Below, one piece after another: positions 1 through 9,217 of a stretch of 64,000 nucleotides of DNA. Every line of letters begins with the position of its first letter. The first letter of the stretch is position 1. The notes beneath the pieces are model-generated. The model was not told the origin of the DNA. It ran no database searches and saw only the letters and a program-made list of their open reading frames with translations. A program made the position numbers and the translations under genes. This stretch comes from an uncultured virus (IMG/VR IMGVR_UViG_3300044639_001309) (lineage: Duplodnaviria; Heunggongvirae; Uroviricota; Caudoviricetes): positions 1 to 64,000 of the IMG/VR virus record IMGVR_UViG_3300044639_001309. The stretch is one strand, 5' to 3'.

Positions 1-345
1 TGAATTTGTATAAAGCAATGTTCTAAATGATGCTGGATTGCCTGCTTCTAATCTAGCCCATGTGATATATGTATATCCTGTTGTTGGTAATGTAGGACCG
101 GTACCATTTACAACAACTCTACTATTACCTGTGGTACAATCAAAACACTTTACCCCGTTCAACATAGTGTATGTTGCGCCAGTCAATGTATTGGTGTATC
201 CATTTCCAGATAAATCTGTTACTGTTGTTCCACTACCGGGATAACTGCTAGCATTGTCAGCATCGATCCAGATGGCAAGATTCTGTGTGATGATACTAGC
301 ATCTACTACTCTTGTGCCGTTGAGGGTTACGCCTTGGATTATCAT
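1..345 (-). CDS. LamG/concanavalin-like virion accessory protein (runs off the left edge)
   Basis: Read manually from ATG at 345: MIIQGVTLNGTRVVDASIITQNLAIWIDADNASSYPGSGTTVTDLSGNG. The 'DA.N..SYPGSG....DLSGNG' motif is typical of phage LamG-like proteins. Confidence 0.65.
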   Translation of the reverse strand, partial: MIIQGVTLNGTRVVDASIITQNLAIWIDADNASSYPGSGTTVTDLSGNGYTNTLTGATYTMLNGVKCFDCTTGNSRVVVNGTGPTLPTTGYTYITWARLEAGNPASFRTLLYTNS

Positions 346-355
346 TTATTATTCT

Positions 356-1096
356 TTAAAAAGGTTTCAATGCATTTTGCGTTACTGTGTTGTTGTTTGT
401 AACAGTCTGAACACTTGAAGTGTCAGTGGTCACAGCCGCACCCAACATCAAATACTGGGTATTGGCCGGACTAGTTAATGGTGCCGAAGGTGCTGTCACA
501 GTGGCACTGGTGCTGTCATAAACTGCTGTGCCCACAGTGGCTCTTAGATTGGTGATAAAGCCAGGCCAATAGCCCCCGTAGAATTTGCCTATCCAGTTAC
601 ACACGCCTGTGTAATCAAGATTATTGACCTGTGTGCCACCGCTCACACTGGTTCCGCCTGCGGCACCTGTAGCACGACTGCAGGTCACATAAGAATTGGT
701 GTTGACAAAGGTGCCCACCCACATGGTTTCTACCTGTGTGCTGGCATTGCGGTTCAATATGATGTATTGCCACTTGTTGATTTGTAGGGTGTTGCTGGGA
801 AAAGTATAAGTCCTGGCACCACCACCACCATATTTGTCCAAGGTAAATGACTGTGCATCAGTGTTGAACAAACTTAGCGCACCAGATTGATCTGTGGCAA
901 CAAACGCCCTTTGACTGGTATAGTCGGCATTGTTGTAGAACCAACCTTCTATGGTATAAGCACCGGTGCCCAGAGCAAAGCCTGGCGTCATACTGAGATA
1001 TTGACTGCTTCCGTTGAACTGCAGGCTACCGGCCAAGGCGGTATAACTCACAGCACTGGGTACATTAGCCATCATGGCCATCATTGCACCGCTCAT
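356..1096 (-). CDS. LamG-like lectin-domain tail/virion protein
   Basis: SLQFNGSSQYL...YTIEGWFY...GFITNLR motifs. The ATG at 1096 overlaps the upstream TAA (TAATG). Confidence 0.65.
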   Translation of the reverse strand: MSGAMMAMMANVPSAVSYTALAGSLQFNGSSQYLSMTPGFALGTGAYTIEGWFYNNADYTSQRAFVATDQSGALSLFNTDAQSFTLDKYGGGGARTYTFPSNTLQINKWQYIILNRNASTQVETMWVGTFVNTNSYVTCSRATGAAGGTSVSGGTQVNNLDYTGVCNWIGKFYGGYWPGFITNLRATVGTAVYDSTSATVTAPSAPLTSPANTQYLMLGAAVTTDTSSVQTVTNNNTVTQNALKPF

Positions 1097-1605
1097 TATG
1101 CCACCCCCGTACCGTTGATAAACCAAGTGTCAGTATCAACTTTTATCAGAGTGGCCATACCAAATGTGGATACGGTTCTATTGCTAGAGGTGGCATTGCC
1201 AGCTAGATATAGTGTAACGCCAGGCCCTTGTGACACGGTGATGTTGCCTGTGCCTTGATTGACCACAGTGATGGCGGCACCAATCTGTTGTATTTGGCCA
1301 GAATTGGGAGGTATAACCAGGCTGTAGTTTGTGCTTTGTGTTGAGTAATAATGTTTGCCAGCATCGGTTGTGGTAATGGTTGTGTTGCCTGTAAATGCCA
1401 CCTGCGGTATGTCTCGGTAACCCAACGCAAAACCGTTGACATTGCCAGTCACGTTGCCACTGGTAACCAAGTTGCCACCTGTGACGTTGCCTGTGGCTGT
1501 CAGCGTGTTTGTTTTGATATCGTCCAGTGCTACATCACCAATGGAGCCTTCCAAAGGATTGCGTATTGTTCTTGCTATACCATCTGTGCCTTTTAAAAAT
1601 CCCAT
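1096..1605 (-). CDS. tail-fibre-associated structural protein
   Basis: GNVT repeats and a C-terminal 'GAAITVVNQGTGNITV...ATLIKVDTDTWFING' domain common in tail-fibre tips. Confidence 0.6.
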   Translation of the reverse strand: MGFLKGTDGIARTIRNPLEGSIGDVALDDIKTNTLTATGNVTGGNLVTSGNVTGNVNGFALGYRDIPQVAFTGNTTITTTDAGKHYYSTQSTNYSLVIPPNSGQIQQIGAAITVVNQGTGNITVSQGPGVTLYLAGNATSSNRTVSTFGMATLIKVDTDTWFINGTGVA

Positions 1606-1655
1606 AATTGTTCCTTTGTTTTTTGTGTTAGTTTGATATGATCATGGTTGATCCA

Positions 1656-4600
1656 TTAACTGATTTGGATCCAACCGTAATTCACAGTGACATTACCGCC
1701 GCTGGTGTTGTCGATACCAAAAGAGAACACATTGGTATTGGCCACAGCAGGGGAAGCATTGCTGATAGCACCGGCTGTGCCTATGATTTGAGCAGGGATG
1801 CTAGTAAACGCCAATATGTTGCCACCGCCTGTATAGTTCCAGGCATACTGATATCCTATTGCTGGCACGTTGGTGTTGGACACACTGACCGTGGCATTGT
1901 AGACTATGATACCGTTGGGTATGTTGCAGTTGACCCATAGTTGATATGTGTTGTTGATCGGCACAGTGAAACTCTGGGTGCTGTTGCCCACAGGCACCGT
2001 CCAGGAACCCTCAACCCTTGTGACCACAGGCACCGGGGTGTTGTTGGCATAGTTCACAGCAAAAGTATTGCCAGGTAGAGTCAAGTTTCCGGTGTTGTCA
2101 AACACAGTGGAATAACTGCCGGCAACTAGGGTAACATTTGCCTGCGTACCGACCACATTGCTGGTAATTGAAATGTTACCAATCAAGTTACCGGCTGTGA
2201 TGTTTCCTGTGGTTGTGATAGTATTGCTACCATATGCAGCCAAGAATGTGGCCACATTGGCATTGCCATAACTTGAGGCTATGCCAGTTAACTGGCTACC
2301 ATTACCAATAAAAAAGTTACCAGACACGTTGCCAGTGGCACTGACAATGCCTGCAGTTAAGATGTTGCCACCTGTGATGTTGCCAGAACCTCCTACTGTA
2401 CCAGTGCCAAATGCTACATTGCCATTGAAATTTGCACCATTGATATTTCCGCCAGTTATAGTGCCTGATCCAGCTGATATGTTACCAGCAGTGACATTGC
2501 CCACAGCACTGACGTTGCCAGGAGCAGTTAAATTACCAGTGTTGCCAAAGGTCCAGGTCTTAGAATCATTTAGAGAATTTGCAACTATTTGTGCATCACC
2601 AATGCCGGCAGCAAGTTGAACATTTCCAGCCGGAGCATAAAATGCCGAAACATTGGCATCACTGCTGATAGAAAGATAATCAAAATTTATTCGACCAGCG
2701 GTTGGTAATGTTAGGGTGCCATCTGCATTCCAATACCACGATTTGGTTACTTGAGTACCACTACCATCGCGTTTGGCAATATCCAAGGTAGCATTGTTTT
2801 GTGATACATAGAAGTTTGAGTTAATGGCCATATTTGGGGCCACGATTACATTAGCGTTTTGCCACATCAACTGTGAATATTGATCACTCTGCATAGTGAT
2901 ACTTTCACTAACTGGTGCTAGTATTACGCTATTAGGGAATTGTGTAGTACCACCTGTGCCAAAGGTCCACTGTGCTGTGTTGCCTGCGTTGTCGTTGGTA
3001 TTGATAACAACATTACCTGTATTTGCTAACTTGACATAGAAGTTATCACTACCTAAGAACAACTCGGTTGTATACAAGTTTCCACTTGTCATGTGTATAT
3101 GGTCACCGTCATTCGCTGTTGGATAAATCAATAACTGTTGATTGGTAGTAGTTCCACCTGTTGGTTTTAAAGCAATGGCACTACCACTAAGTGATTGGTC
3201 CGGAATGTTGGTTTCATAAACAATACTGCCTAATGGCAAGGTCAAGTTACCAGTGGGATCAAATGTCCATTGTGCTGAGTTGCCCACATCGTCATTGCTG
3301 TTGATCACTATATTACCGGTGTTGGCCAGTTTGACGTACAGGTTATCGTCACCTAAGAACAACTCTGTGTTGTATAAGTTGCCCGTGGTCAAGTGCAAGT
3401 GATTTGCATCATTGACTGTGGGATAAATCAACAACTCTTGATCAGCATTGGTTCCACCTGTTGGTTTTAAAGCAATGGCACTACCACTAAGTCCCTGATC
3501 CGGAATGTTGGTTTCATAAACAACACTATTCAATGGCAAGGTCAAGTTGCCAGCGGTGTCAAATGTCCAGGTTTTGGTTCCAGCAACATTACCGGCCTGT
3601 ATGGCCACGTTGCCGCCCTGTAAAACAGCAACATTGGCTTCTTCATCTGTGCCCAAAATTACATTTCCACTACCACCACCGGCTGCCACATGTATATCCG
3701 CGGCCCCGGTCAAGTAAATATTTAAATATTCGCTACTGCTACCATTTGGTTGTAGATTTAAGTTACCTGTGCCAATGATGTTGACATCATCAAAGGTCAC
3801 ATTGCCTGTGTCGGCAGTTGAAATTCCAGTGAGTTGACTGCCGTTGCCTTTGACGTAAGAACCAGAAATGTTGGCGGTGGTTGTGATGTTGCCTGTTCCA
3901 CTGATGACATTGGTACCTAAATTGCTCAACAAAGTTGTGACATTACTATTGCCATATGTTGCCGGAAATCCATTTGCTAGGCTGATGTTACCTAAAATAA
4001 ATCCACCTGAAATGTTGCCAGTGCTTGTGATGTTACCTGTTCCGCTGATAGTATTACTACCTAAATTGCCCAACAATGTGGTGACATTACTATTGCCATA
4101 TGAACTTACAATGCCAGTTAGTTGTCTACCATTGCCAAGAATATTTCCACCTGAAATGTTACCAGTGCTTGTGATGTTACCTGTGCCGCTGATAGTATTA
4201 CTGCCCAAATTGCCCAGCAATGCAGTAACATTGGCATTGCCGTAGCTGGATACCAGTGGTGATCCATTGGCATAGAAATAGTCATCTGTGTAAATTGCCC
4301 CGGCTCGTAGTACATTGTCAATGGCATCAACCATTATGGTGCTGTCATCTGCAAACACACTACCTTTTAAATCCCCAACAAAAACGTTGCTGGTGTAACT
4401 GATATTTCCTGCTGACAAGTTTCCTGTAATTGTCACGTTGCCGTCAATGTTTAGGCCAGTAAAATAACCCAACCGATATCGTAGATTTGCGGTACCAATA
4501 TCATACACCTGCGATATATTTGGGCGCACATGATTTCTAGTAGAAATAACACCAGTTCCGTTGGTGGCCAGCGTTAGATTACCATTGGTATTGGTAACCT

Positions 4601-4754
4601 GTATGGTGTTGTTGAGTATGGTAATATTTGAGCCAACAGGACCGGCGGCCCAGATTTGGTCAAAATTATTGTCGGTTTTTATGAATGCTACACGTAACGG
4701 ATCACCTGTGCCGTCATTGGGTGCGGCTCCGTAATTGATAATTTCTTGGGACAT
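1656..4754 (-). CDS. large baseplate-anchored fibre protein with internal repeats
   Basis: N-terminal INYGAAPNDGTGDPLRVAFIKTDNNF matches the T4 gp9/gp10-type anchor motif. Gly/Asn/Thr-rich beta repeats follow. Confidence 0.75.
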   Translation of the reverse strand: MSQEIINYGAAPNDGTGDPLRVAFIKTDNNFDQIWAAGPVGSNITILNNTIQVTNTNGNLTLATNGTGVISTRNHVRPNISQVYDIGTANLRYRLGYFTGLNIDGNVTITGNLSAGNISYTSNVFVGDLKGSVFADDSTIMVDAIDNVLRAGAIYTDDYFYANGSPLVSSYGNANVTALLGNLGSNTISGTGNITSTGNISGGNILGNGRQLTGIVSSYGNSNVTTLLGNLGSNTISGTGNITSTGNISGGFILGNISLANGFPATYGNSNVTTLLSNLGTNVISGTGNITTTANISGSYVKGNGSQLTGISTADTGNVTFDDVNIIGTGNLNLQPNGSSSEYLNIYLTGAADIHVAAGGGSGNVILGTDEEANVAVLQGGNVAIQAGNVAGTKTWTFDTAGNLTLPLNSVVYETNIPDQGLSGSAIALKPTGGTNADQELLIYPTVNDANHLHLTTGNLYNTELFLGDDNLYVKLANTGNIVINSNDDVGNSAQWTFDPTGNLTLPLGSIVYETNIPDQSLSGSAIALKPTGGTTTNQQLLIYPTANDGDHIHMTSGNLYTTELFLGSDNFYVKLANTGNVVINTNDNAGNTAQWTFGTGGTTQFPNSVILAPVSESITMQSDQYSQLMWQNANVIVAPNMAINSNFYVSQNNATLDIAKRDGSGTQVTKSWYWNADGTLTLPTAGRINFDYLSISSDANVSAFYAPAGNVQLAAGIGDAQIVANSLNDSKTWTFGNTGNLTAPGNVSAVGNVTAGNISAGSGTITGGNINGANFNGNVAFGTGTVGGSGNITGGNILTAGIVSATGNVSGNFFIGNGSQLTGIASSYGNANVATFLAAYGSNTITTTGNITAGNLIGNISITSNVVGTQANVTLVAGSYSTVFDNTGNLTLPGNTFAVNYANNTPVPVVTRVEGSWTVPVGNSTQSFTVPINNTYQLWVNCNIPNGIIVYNATVSVSNTNVPAIGYQYAWNYTGGGNILAFTSIPAQIIGTAGAISNASPAVANTNVFSFGIDNTSGGNVTVNYGWIQIS
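2960..3570. repeat. two tandem copies of a ~300-bp (100-aa) module inside the fibre gene
   Basis: Sequence at 3121 (ggataaatcaataactg...agcaatggcactaccactaag) recurs at 3421, an offset of exactly 300 bp, with high identity. Confidence 0.9.
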
Positions 4755-4770
4755 GCGCCTAGATCCTTTT

Positions 4771-4794
4771 GGTTTGCAGTATTTACCGCAAACC
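4771..4794 (-). promoter_or_regulatory. hairpin with a late-type promoter (TAAATA) in its loop, next to the SD of the fibre gene
   Basis: Minus strand GGTTTGCGG-TAAATA-CTGCAAACC, followed by AAAAGGA and the ATG at 4754. Confidence 0.6.
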
Positions 4795-4814
4795 TGCGCA
4801 TGTTAGATTTGCAG

Positions 4815-5135
4815 TTAAACGCTAAAGCTTGATCCGCATCCGCAGGTGGTGGCAGCCTGCGGGTTGTTGATTACAAAACTACTGCCCCATTCGTTTTCAT
4901 CAAAGCGAATTTCACATTCTTGCATGTAGGTCATTGACATAGAATCAACCACAATAGTTAAATCGTCAAACTTAAAATCAAAATCGTCTTCATTTTGTTC
5001 TTCATCAAAGGTAAATCCGTATTGGAAACCCGAACATCCGCCACCTTGCACAAACACACGGAATTTGAGATTGGGGTTGTTTTCTTCAAGTTTTAACTCT
5101 CTAAGCCGAGTAACTGCTGATTCTGATATGTTCAT
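4815..5135 (-). CDS. erpA: iron-sulfur cluster insertion protein ErpA/IscA family
   Basis: RVFVQGGGCSGFQYGFTFD and TTCGCGSSF motifs. Confidence 0.93.
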   Translation of the reverse strand: MNISESAVTRLRELKLEENNPNLKFRVFVQGGGCSGFQYGFTFDEEQNEDDFDFKFDDLTIVVDSMSMTYMQECEIRFDENEWGSSFVINNPQAATTCGCGSSFSV

Positions 5136-5177
5136 AATGTATGTATATTATAGTTGTACATGGTGATGTTTTTCACA

Positions 5178-6263
5178 CTATCCCCTGCCAGGAAAATAAT
5201 CCTGCATCACACCCTCACGGTGTAAATCGTTGGTAATACAATGTAATCCACCATCCCAAAAATACCTATGCCGGAAATTACATATATGAGGAGTAACCCC
5301 ATGCCTGCTAAACGCATCAAATACTGTTTTGTTGTATCCGTTTACAATGACATTTTGTTTGTCAACAACAATCATATTTACATCAAACACTGATTCTTCT
5401 ACGTATCCCACCCAATGATTCATCCAGCTTTCTACGTAATCAGTAAAATCTTGATTTAACTCTTGCCCTGGAACCCACCATTTGCCTTGATTTTTTTGTT
5501 TTAAAGTTAGAAACGGTTGCACTTTTTCCCAGGACTCGCCCGGCAAGTAAACTATTTCCCAATCAGGAAAGTTTTCTGTGTAATTATAGGGTTGCATTAT
5601 ACTTAATATCAGCCCAGGAACCACAGGACAAAAACATCCGTCTGTGTGTCCGCTGGTGTCCATCATTTTAACACGATAGTTTGGTAATTTACTCTGCAAG
5701 TTCTTTTGTAAATTACTCAGTGCATATTTGCCCGGTTCTTCTTGATACGTTCCCACAATTAAATCTTTACCAATGCGAGTGGTCATTGCGGCGTTCATTT
5801 TGACAGACATGCCCATGTACTCAAATCCGGTATCAATTGGAAATTCAATTTGATTGCCTTGTTTTTCTATCAATGACAATATTGAGGAGTTTGTTTTTTT
5901 ATTTCCTAAAAAATAAAACGTTTCTCCTAGCATTATTGAATTATCTCTAGGTTGCATTTCCCAGGGTCCTGGTACAGGCTGATTATTTTTAATACTGTAC
6001 TGGGCACGATCCACCATGGCATCAATGTCAGGTCTGACAGTTTCTACACCAAAGCTGTTTAATAACTTGATTAGATTTTGGTAATCTTGTTCTGTTTCGT
6101 TGGCAATTTGATAAAATACTTCACGAACTTTTTTGTTTGTGATATAATCGTACAGTTCAGGAGGATAGCTAATGCCCACCGACATTACCTTTAATGGATC
6201 CCAATGCTGATAAACTGAATACACTTTTATTCCATTTCTGGATATTATAGACGTTGGTTGCAA
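5178..6263 (-). CDS. amidinotransferase-family protein (paralogue 1)
   Basis: WDPLK, QPRD, GHTDG and C-terminal DGGLHCITNDL motifs of the pentein/amidinotransferase fold. Confidence 0.85.
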   Translation of the reverse strand: MQPTSIISRNGIKVYSVYQHWDPLKVMSVGISYPPELYDYITNKKVREVFYQIANETEQDYQNLIKLLNSFGVETVRPDIDAMVDRAQYSIKNNQPVPGPWEMQPRDNSIMLGETFYFLGNKKTNSSILSLIEKQGNQIEFPIDTGFEYMGMSVKMNAAMTTRIGKDLIVGTYQEEPGKYALSNLQKNLQSKLPNYRVKMMDTSGHTDGCFCPVVPGLILSIMQPYNYTENFPDWEIVYLPGESWEKVQPFLTLKQKNQGKWWVPGQELNQDFTDYVESWMNHWVGYVEESVFDVNMIVVDKQNVIVNGYNKTVFDAFSRHGVTPHICNFRHRYFWDGGLHCITNDLHREGVMQDYFPGRG

Positions 6264-6793
6264 ACGTCCCAGTCAATGATCTTCCAAATATTGTCTAGAT
6301 AGCGTTCTTTGTCTGCTTGGTAATCCAGTGCCCAGGCATGTTCCCACCAATCAATAAGTACGCATATATCTGTGCGAACAGCATGGTTGGCAATGGTCTT
6401 GATGTCACCACCGGTGCTCAAGTATACCCAACCTGATCCTTGAATTTTCATTGCAGTTTCTTTGAAAGCGTCTTTGAAATCTTCGTAGGTTTTAAACTTT
6501 TCTTCTATCAGCGCAAGTACTGCACCTTTTGGTCTATTGGCGCCTTTGGGAGCCCTAAGCTGAGGGAAAAACTTGTTGTGTAAAAAACTGCCAGCACGAT
6601 TAAAATCCGCATTGCCTTCTCCTGCGTTGTACCGCTTGGCGTAGCCTCGGGCCAAGTGTTCAAAATGATAGTCTATGGTTTCTTCACTCATGACAGGTTC
6701 AAGGTCTTTCTTGCCATAAGGTAGCGGGGTGGTTTCCAGCTTGGCAGGACGGGTACTTGCTTCTACTAGATTGATGTGGTCACGTAATTCCAT
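6245..6793 (-). CDS. Fe/Mn superoxide dismutase (shortened)
   Basis: PLPY...LEP..SEETIDYH, LHNKFF, GSGWVYL and DWWEHAWALDY; metal ligands appear retained. Confidence 0.9.
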   Translation of the reverse strand: MELRDHINLVEASTRPAKLETTPLPYGKKDLEPVMSEETIDYHFEHLARGYAKRYNAGEGNADFNRAGSFLHNKFFPQLRAPKGANRPKGAVLALIEEKFKTYEDFKDAFKETAMKIQGSGWVYLSTGGDIKTIANHAVRTDICVLIDWWEHAWALDYQADKERYLDNIWKIIDWDVCNQRL

Positions 6794-6801
6794 ACATGTA
6801 T

Positions 6802-7020
6802 TTACCGGCGTCGAGTGATACGGCCACGTGTGAGATCGTATGGACTAAACTCTACTTCTACTGTGTCGCCTAGTAAAATCTTAATGTTATGTTGTCGCAT
6901 TTTTCCGGAAATTACGCCTGTTACAGGCTCTTCCATGTGTGCAAGTTTTACTCTAAACATTGCATTGGGCAACACGTCGATCACTTGCCCGTCTATTCTG
7001 AAACCTTCTTCTTTAGCCAC
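6802..7020 (-). CDS. infA: translation initiation factor IF-1
   Basis: 72 aa, MAKEE...[10 protein letters not shown]...[25 protein letters not shown]. Confidence 0.96.
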   Translation of the reverse strand: MAKEEGFRIDGQVIDVLPNAMFRVKLAHMEEPVTGVISGKMRQHNIKILLGDTVEVEFSPYDLTRGRITRRR

Positions 7021-7058
7021 GTTTTAAATTATTTCCTTTTTAGTAAACAATTACTTAG

Positions 7059-7904
7059 TCAAATTTCCACCAGCTTTGGTTTCCATTGATCAGCACGTTC
7101 TTCGTAGTTGATGTATCCACGTGGGTTGCACACAATACGAGTTGATCCAATCATATAGTCAAAATCTTCATGGGTGTGCCCGTGTGTCCACAGTTTAATC
7201 TGCGGGTGATCCAGGATAAACTCATCTAGACTACTGCTATAGCCACCGTTCATCAACTGTTCATTGGCCCATCTTGGATGAGTACTCATACGACTGGGTG
7301 CCATGTGTCCCACAACCACAAACTTTCTATCATGTTGTTCTGCTACAACTGATCTAATGTAGCTCACACTCTTTTTGTGTGCCTGTGCCACATGTGCTGG
7401 ACGCAGGGTAGTAAAACCAAGATCACTGTTGCGGATGATTCGGAAGTCGTTCATCATGTCCGCAATGGCATGCAAGGTCAGTGGATCACCTCGGTTCATG
7501 TCAGTCCACAATGTGCTTCCAACAAAGGTGACATCATTGATGGTTTTAGAGTCGTTTTCCATGAAGTATACGTTGGGGAACTTGACACATTCTTCTCTTA
7601 GGTATTCGATGCCAATAGGCCACTTGCCATGATAGAATTCATGATTGCCAGCCACATAGATCACATGCGGAAATTGAAAGCTACAGCGACTCAAGAACTC
7701 ACGAAAGCGCACAGCATTTTTCTGTCGAGAGCCCAGAGTTTCCAACATTGCCCCGGTGAGTAATTGGTTGCTTTCAGGATGGTCGTGCAAGTCTTGTGCC
7801 AGCATGATGTCGCCACCAAGAATCAACACATCAGCATTGTCCTCGTTCTTGATCATGCAATCTCCAAACTCAAGATGGATATCGCTAGTTACATAAATTT
7901 TCAT
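7059..7904 (-). CDS. calcineurin-like metallophosphoesterase
   Basis: SDIHLE, GGD, GNHE and HGHTH motifs. Confidence 0.9.
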   Translation of the reverse strand: MKIYVTSDIHLEFGDCMIKNEDNADVLILGGDIMLAQDLHDHPESNQLLTGAMLETLGSRQKNAVRFREFLSRCSFQFPHVIYVAGNHEFYHGKWPIGIEYLREECVKFPNVYFMENDSKTINDVTFVGSTLWTDMNRGDPLTLHAIADMMNDFRIIRNSDLGFTTLRPAHVAQAHKKSVSYIRSVVAEQHDRKFVVVGHMAPSRMSTHPRWANEQLMNGGYSSSLDEFILDHPQIKLWTHGHTHEDFDYMIGSTRIVCNPRGYINYEERADQWKPKLVEI

Positions 7905-8140
7905 TTGAATACTTTTAAGTCAGTTGGCTTGACAATTATAACATTATGTACTGTATCTTTATACTTGATTGGTAGGTCTAAGTGTACACTAACTCTAGGA
8001 CCCTCAACCAGGTTAATCACAGTATCATTGCCAACAGTACCAACAAAGGGAATTTTATTCCATTTGCCTACAACGCGATCGCCAATAAACCAAGTTGGCT
8101 TATAAGCATTGCGTTCAAAATAGTCAGTGAGATTGCCCAT
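7901..8140 (-). CDS. hypothetical protein
   Basis: ORF coupled to the downstream gene by a 4-nt overlap. Confidence 0.6.
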   Translation of the reverse strand: MGNLTDYFERNAYKPTWFIGDRVVGKWNKIPFVGTVGNDTVINLVEGPRVSVHLDLPIKYKDTVHNVIIVKPTDLKVFK

Positions 8141-8256
8141 TGTCTCGCCATTGTTGTTTAGCTAGTTTAAATTCTTCAATTATTTTTAGAATTAATTTAT
8201 AAAGTGTTGGACCAAACAAGCCAAGAATAAACCCTGCTAAGAAAAAATTCATTGCG

Positions 8257-8529
8257 TCAACAAATGCTGTCATAATCAAAGTCCTTGCTGTGGTGTTTTT
8301 TTAGTTCAAAATCCATGTGTAATTTGTCAATTGATTTTTCCAATGTACATTTTACAATACTCAGATCGTAGGAGGTGTATGCACAATGTGTTGGAGTTTG
8401 ATCAATCAATTCAATGCATTCTCTAACTGTGAGTTCAATTAGTTTTTCTACATCCATGATGCTCATCCAACGTCCACTGACATCTGTTCCTACTTTTTTA
8501 ATTAACTTTTCTACAATTTCTTTGTTCAT
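8257..8529 (-). CDS. hypothetical protein
   Basis: 'ELTVRECI' motif common in small phage proteins; a similar motif occurs in 61508..61723. Confidence 0.6.
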   Translation of the reverse strand: MNKEIVEKLIKKVGTDVSGRWMSIMDVEKLIELTVRECIELIDQTPTHCAYTSYDLSIVKCTLEKSIDKLHMDFELKKHHSKDFDYDSIC

Positions 8530-8922
8530 TTATCGTCTCATTGTTGAAATTTCAATGGCTTCCTCATCACTAAAGATAGGGACAGCATTGCTCTTGTGCA
8601 TGGTACCAATACCTTTGACCTTTGTCCCTGTGTACTGTGGAGTTTGTTTGATAGTTACAGCACCAGTGACCCATGTGTCAAGACTGGGAATTTTAGGAGT
8701 TTCTCTACCCGCAGGTGTGCTCAATTTATATGTCAATGGCTCGGCTGTCATAGCACGGCGACGTCGACGTTCTTCTTGTTCAATGCCCTGTGTCTTTAGT
8801 AGTTCTTTCCAGGACTCTTCGAGTTCGCGAGCACGTTGTGCTTCTGCGGCATTACGGAATTTGATTTTGCCACGCTTCTTGCCGTTAAGGCTCAAGCTAG
8901 GGTGATGTAAGTGCATGCTCAT
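8530..8922 (-). CDS. conserved T4-like phage hypothetical protein
   Basis: C-terminal YTGTKVKGIGTMHKSNAVPIF motif; start reassigned to MSMHL. Confidence 0.65.
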   Translation of the reverse strand: MSMHLHHPSLSLNGKKRGKIKFRNAAEAQRARELEESWKELLKTQGIEQEERRRRRAMTAEPLTYKLSTPAGRETPKIPSLDTWVTGAVTIKQTPQYTGTKVKGIGTMHKSNAVPIFSDEEAIEISTMRR

Positions 8923-9182
8923 TTTGTTATTCCCAATACAAATGCTGTGGCCAGGGCGCCGGAAGAAAAACGATAGCCTTCTTTGCAGGGCCAGTAGTGT
9001 CGGCCTGCTTCGTAGCCGTGTTGGATCATCCATTTTATCCAGCGTTCGTGCCGAGCTGTAAACTCTTTCCGAGCCCACCTCCAGTCGCCTGCATCGAGGC
9101 CACCTTCTAGTATGACCATAACGTCCTGCATAAACGGGCGAGTTTCAACAACAATATCGCAGTGATTGTGTACAAGTTTCAT
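8919..9182 (-). CDS. hypothetical protein, probably leaderless
   Basis: ATG lies 6 nt downstream of the TATAAT at 9189-9194. Confidence 0.55.
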   Translation of the reverse strand: MKLVHNHCDIVVETRPFMQDVMVILEGGLDAGDWRWARKEFTARHERWIKWMIQHGYEAGRHYWPCKEGYRFSSGALATAFVLGITK

Positions 9183-9188
9183 GCTATT

Positions 9189-9217
9189 ATTATAGCATAA
9201 CAAGATTTAGTGGTCAA
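9189..9217 (-). promoter_or_regulatory. sigma70-type early promoter
   Basis: TTGACC-N17-TATAAT with a TG extension. Confidence 0.8.

Noticed and set aside
2960..3570. 300-bp fibre repeats as a DGR or invertible cassette
   Set aside because: They are direct in-frame coding repeats with mixed substitutions; there are no inverted repeats, recombinase or RT.
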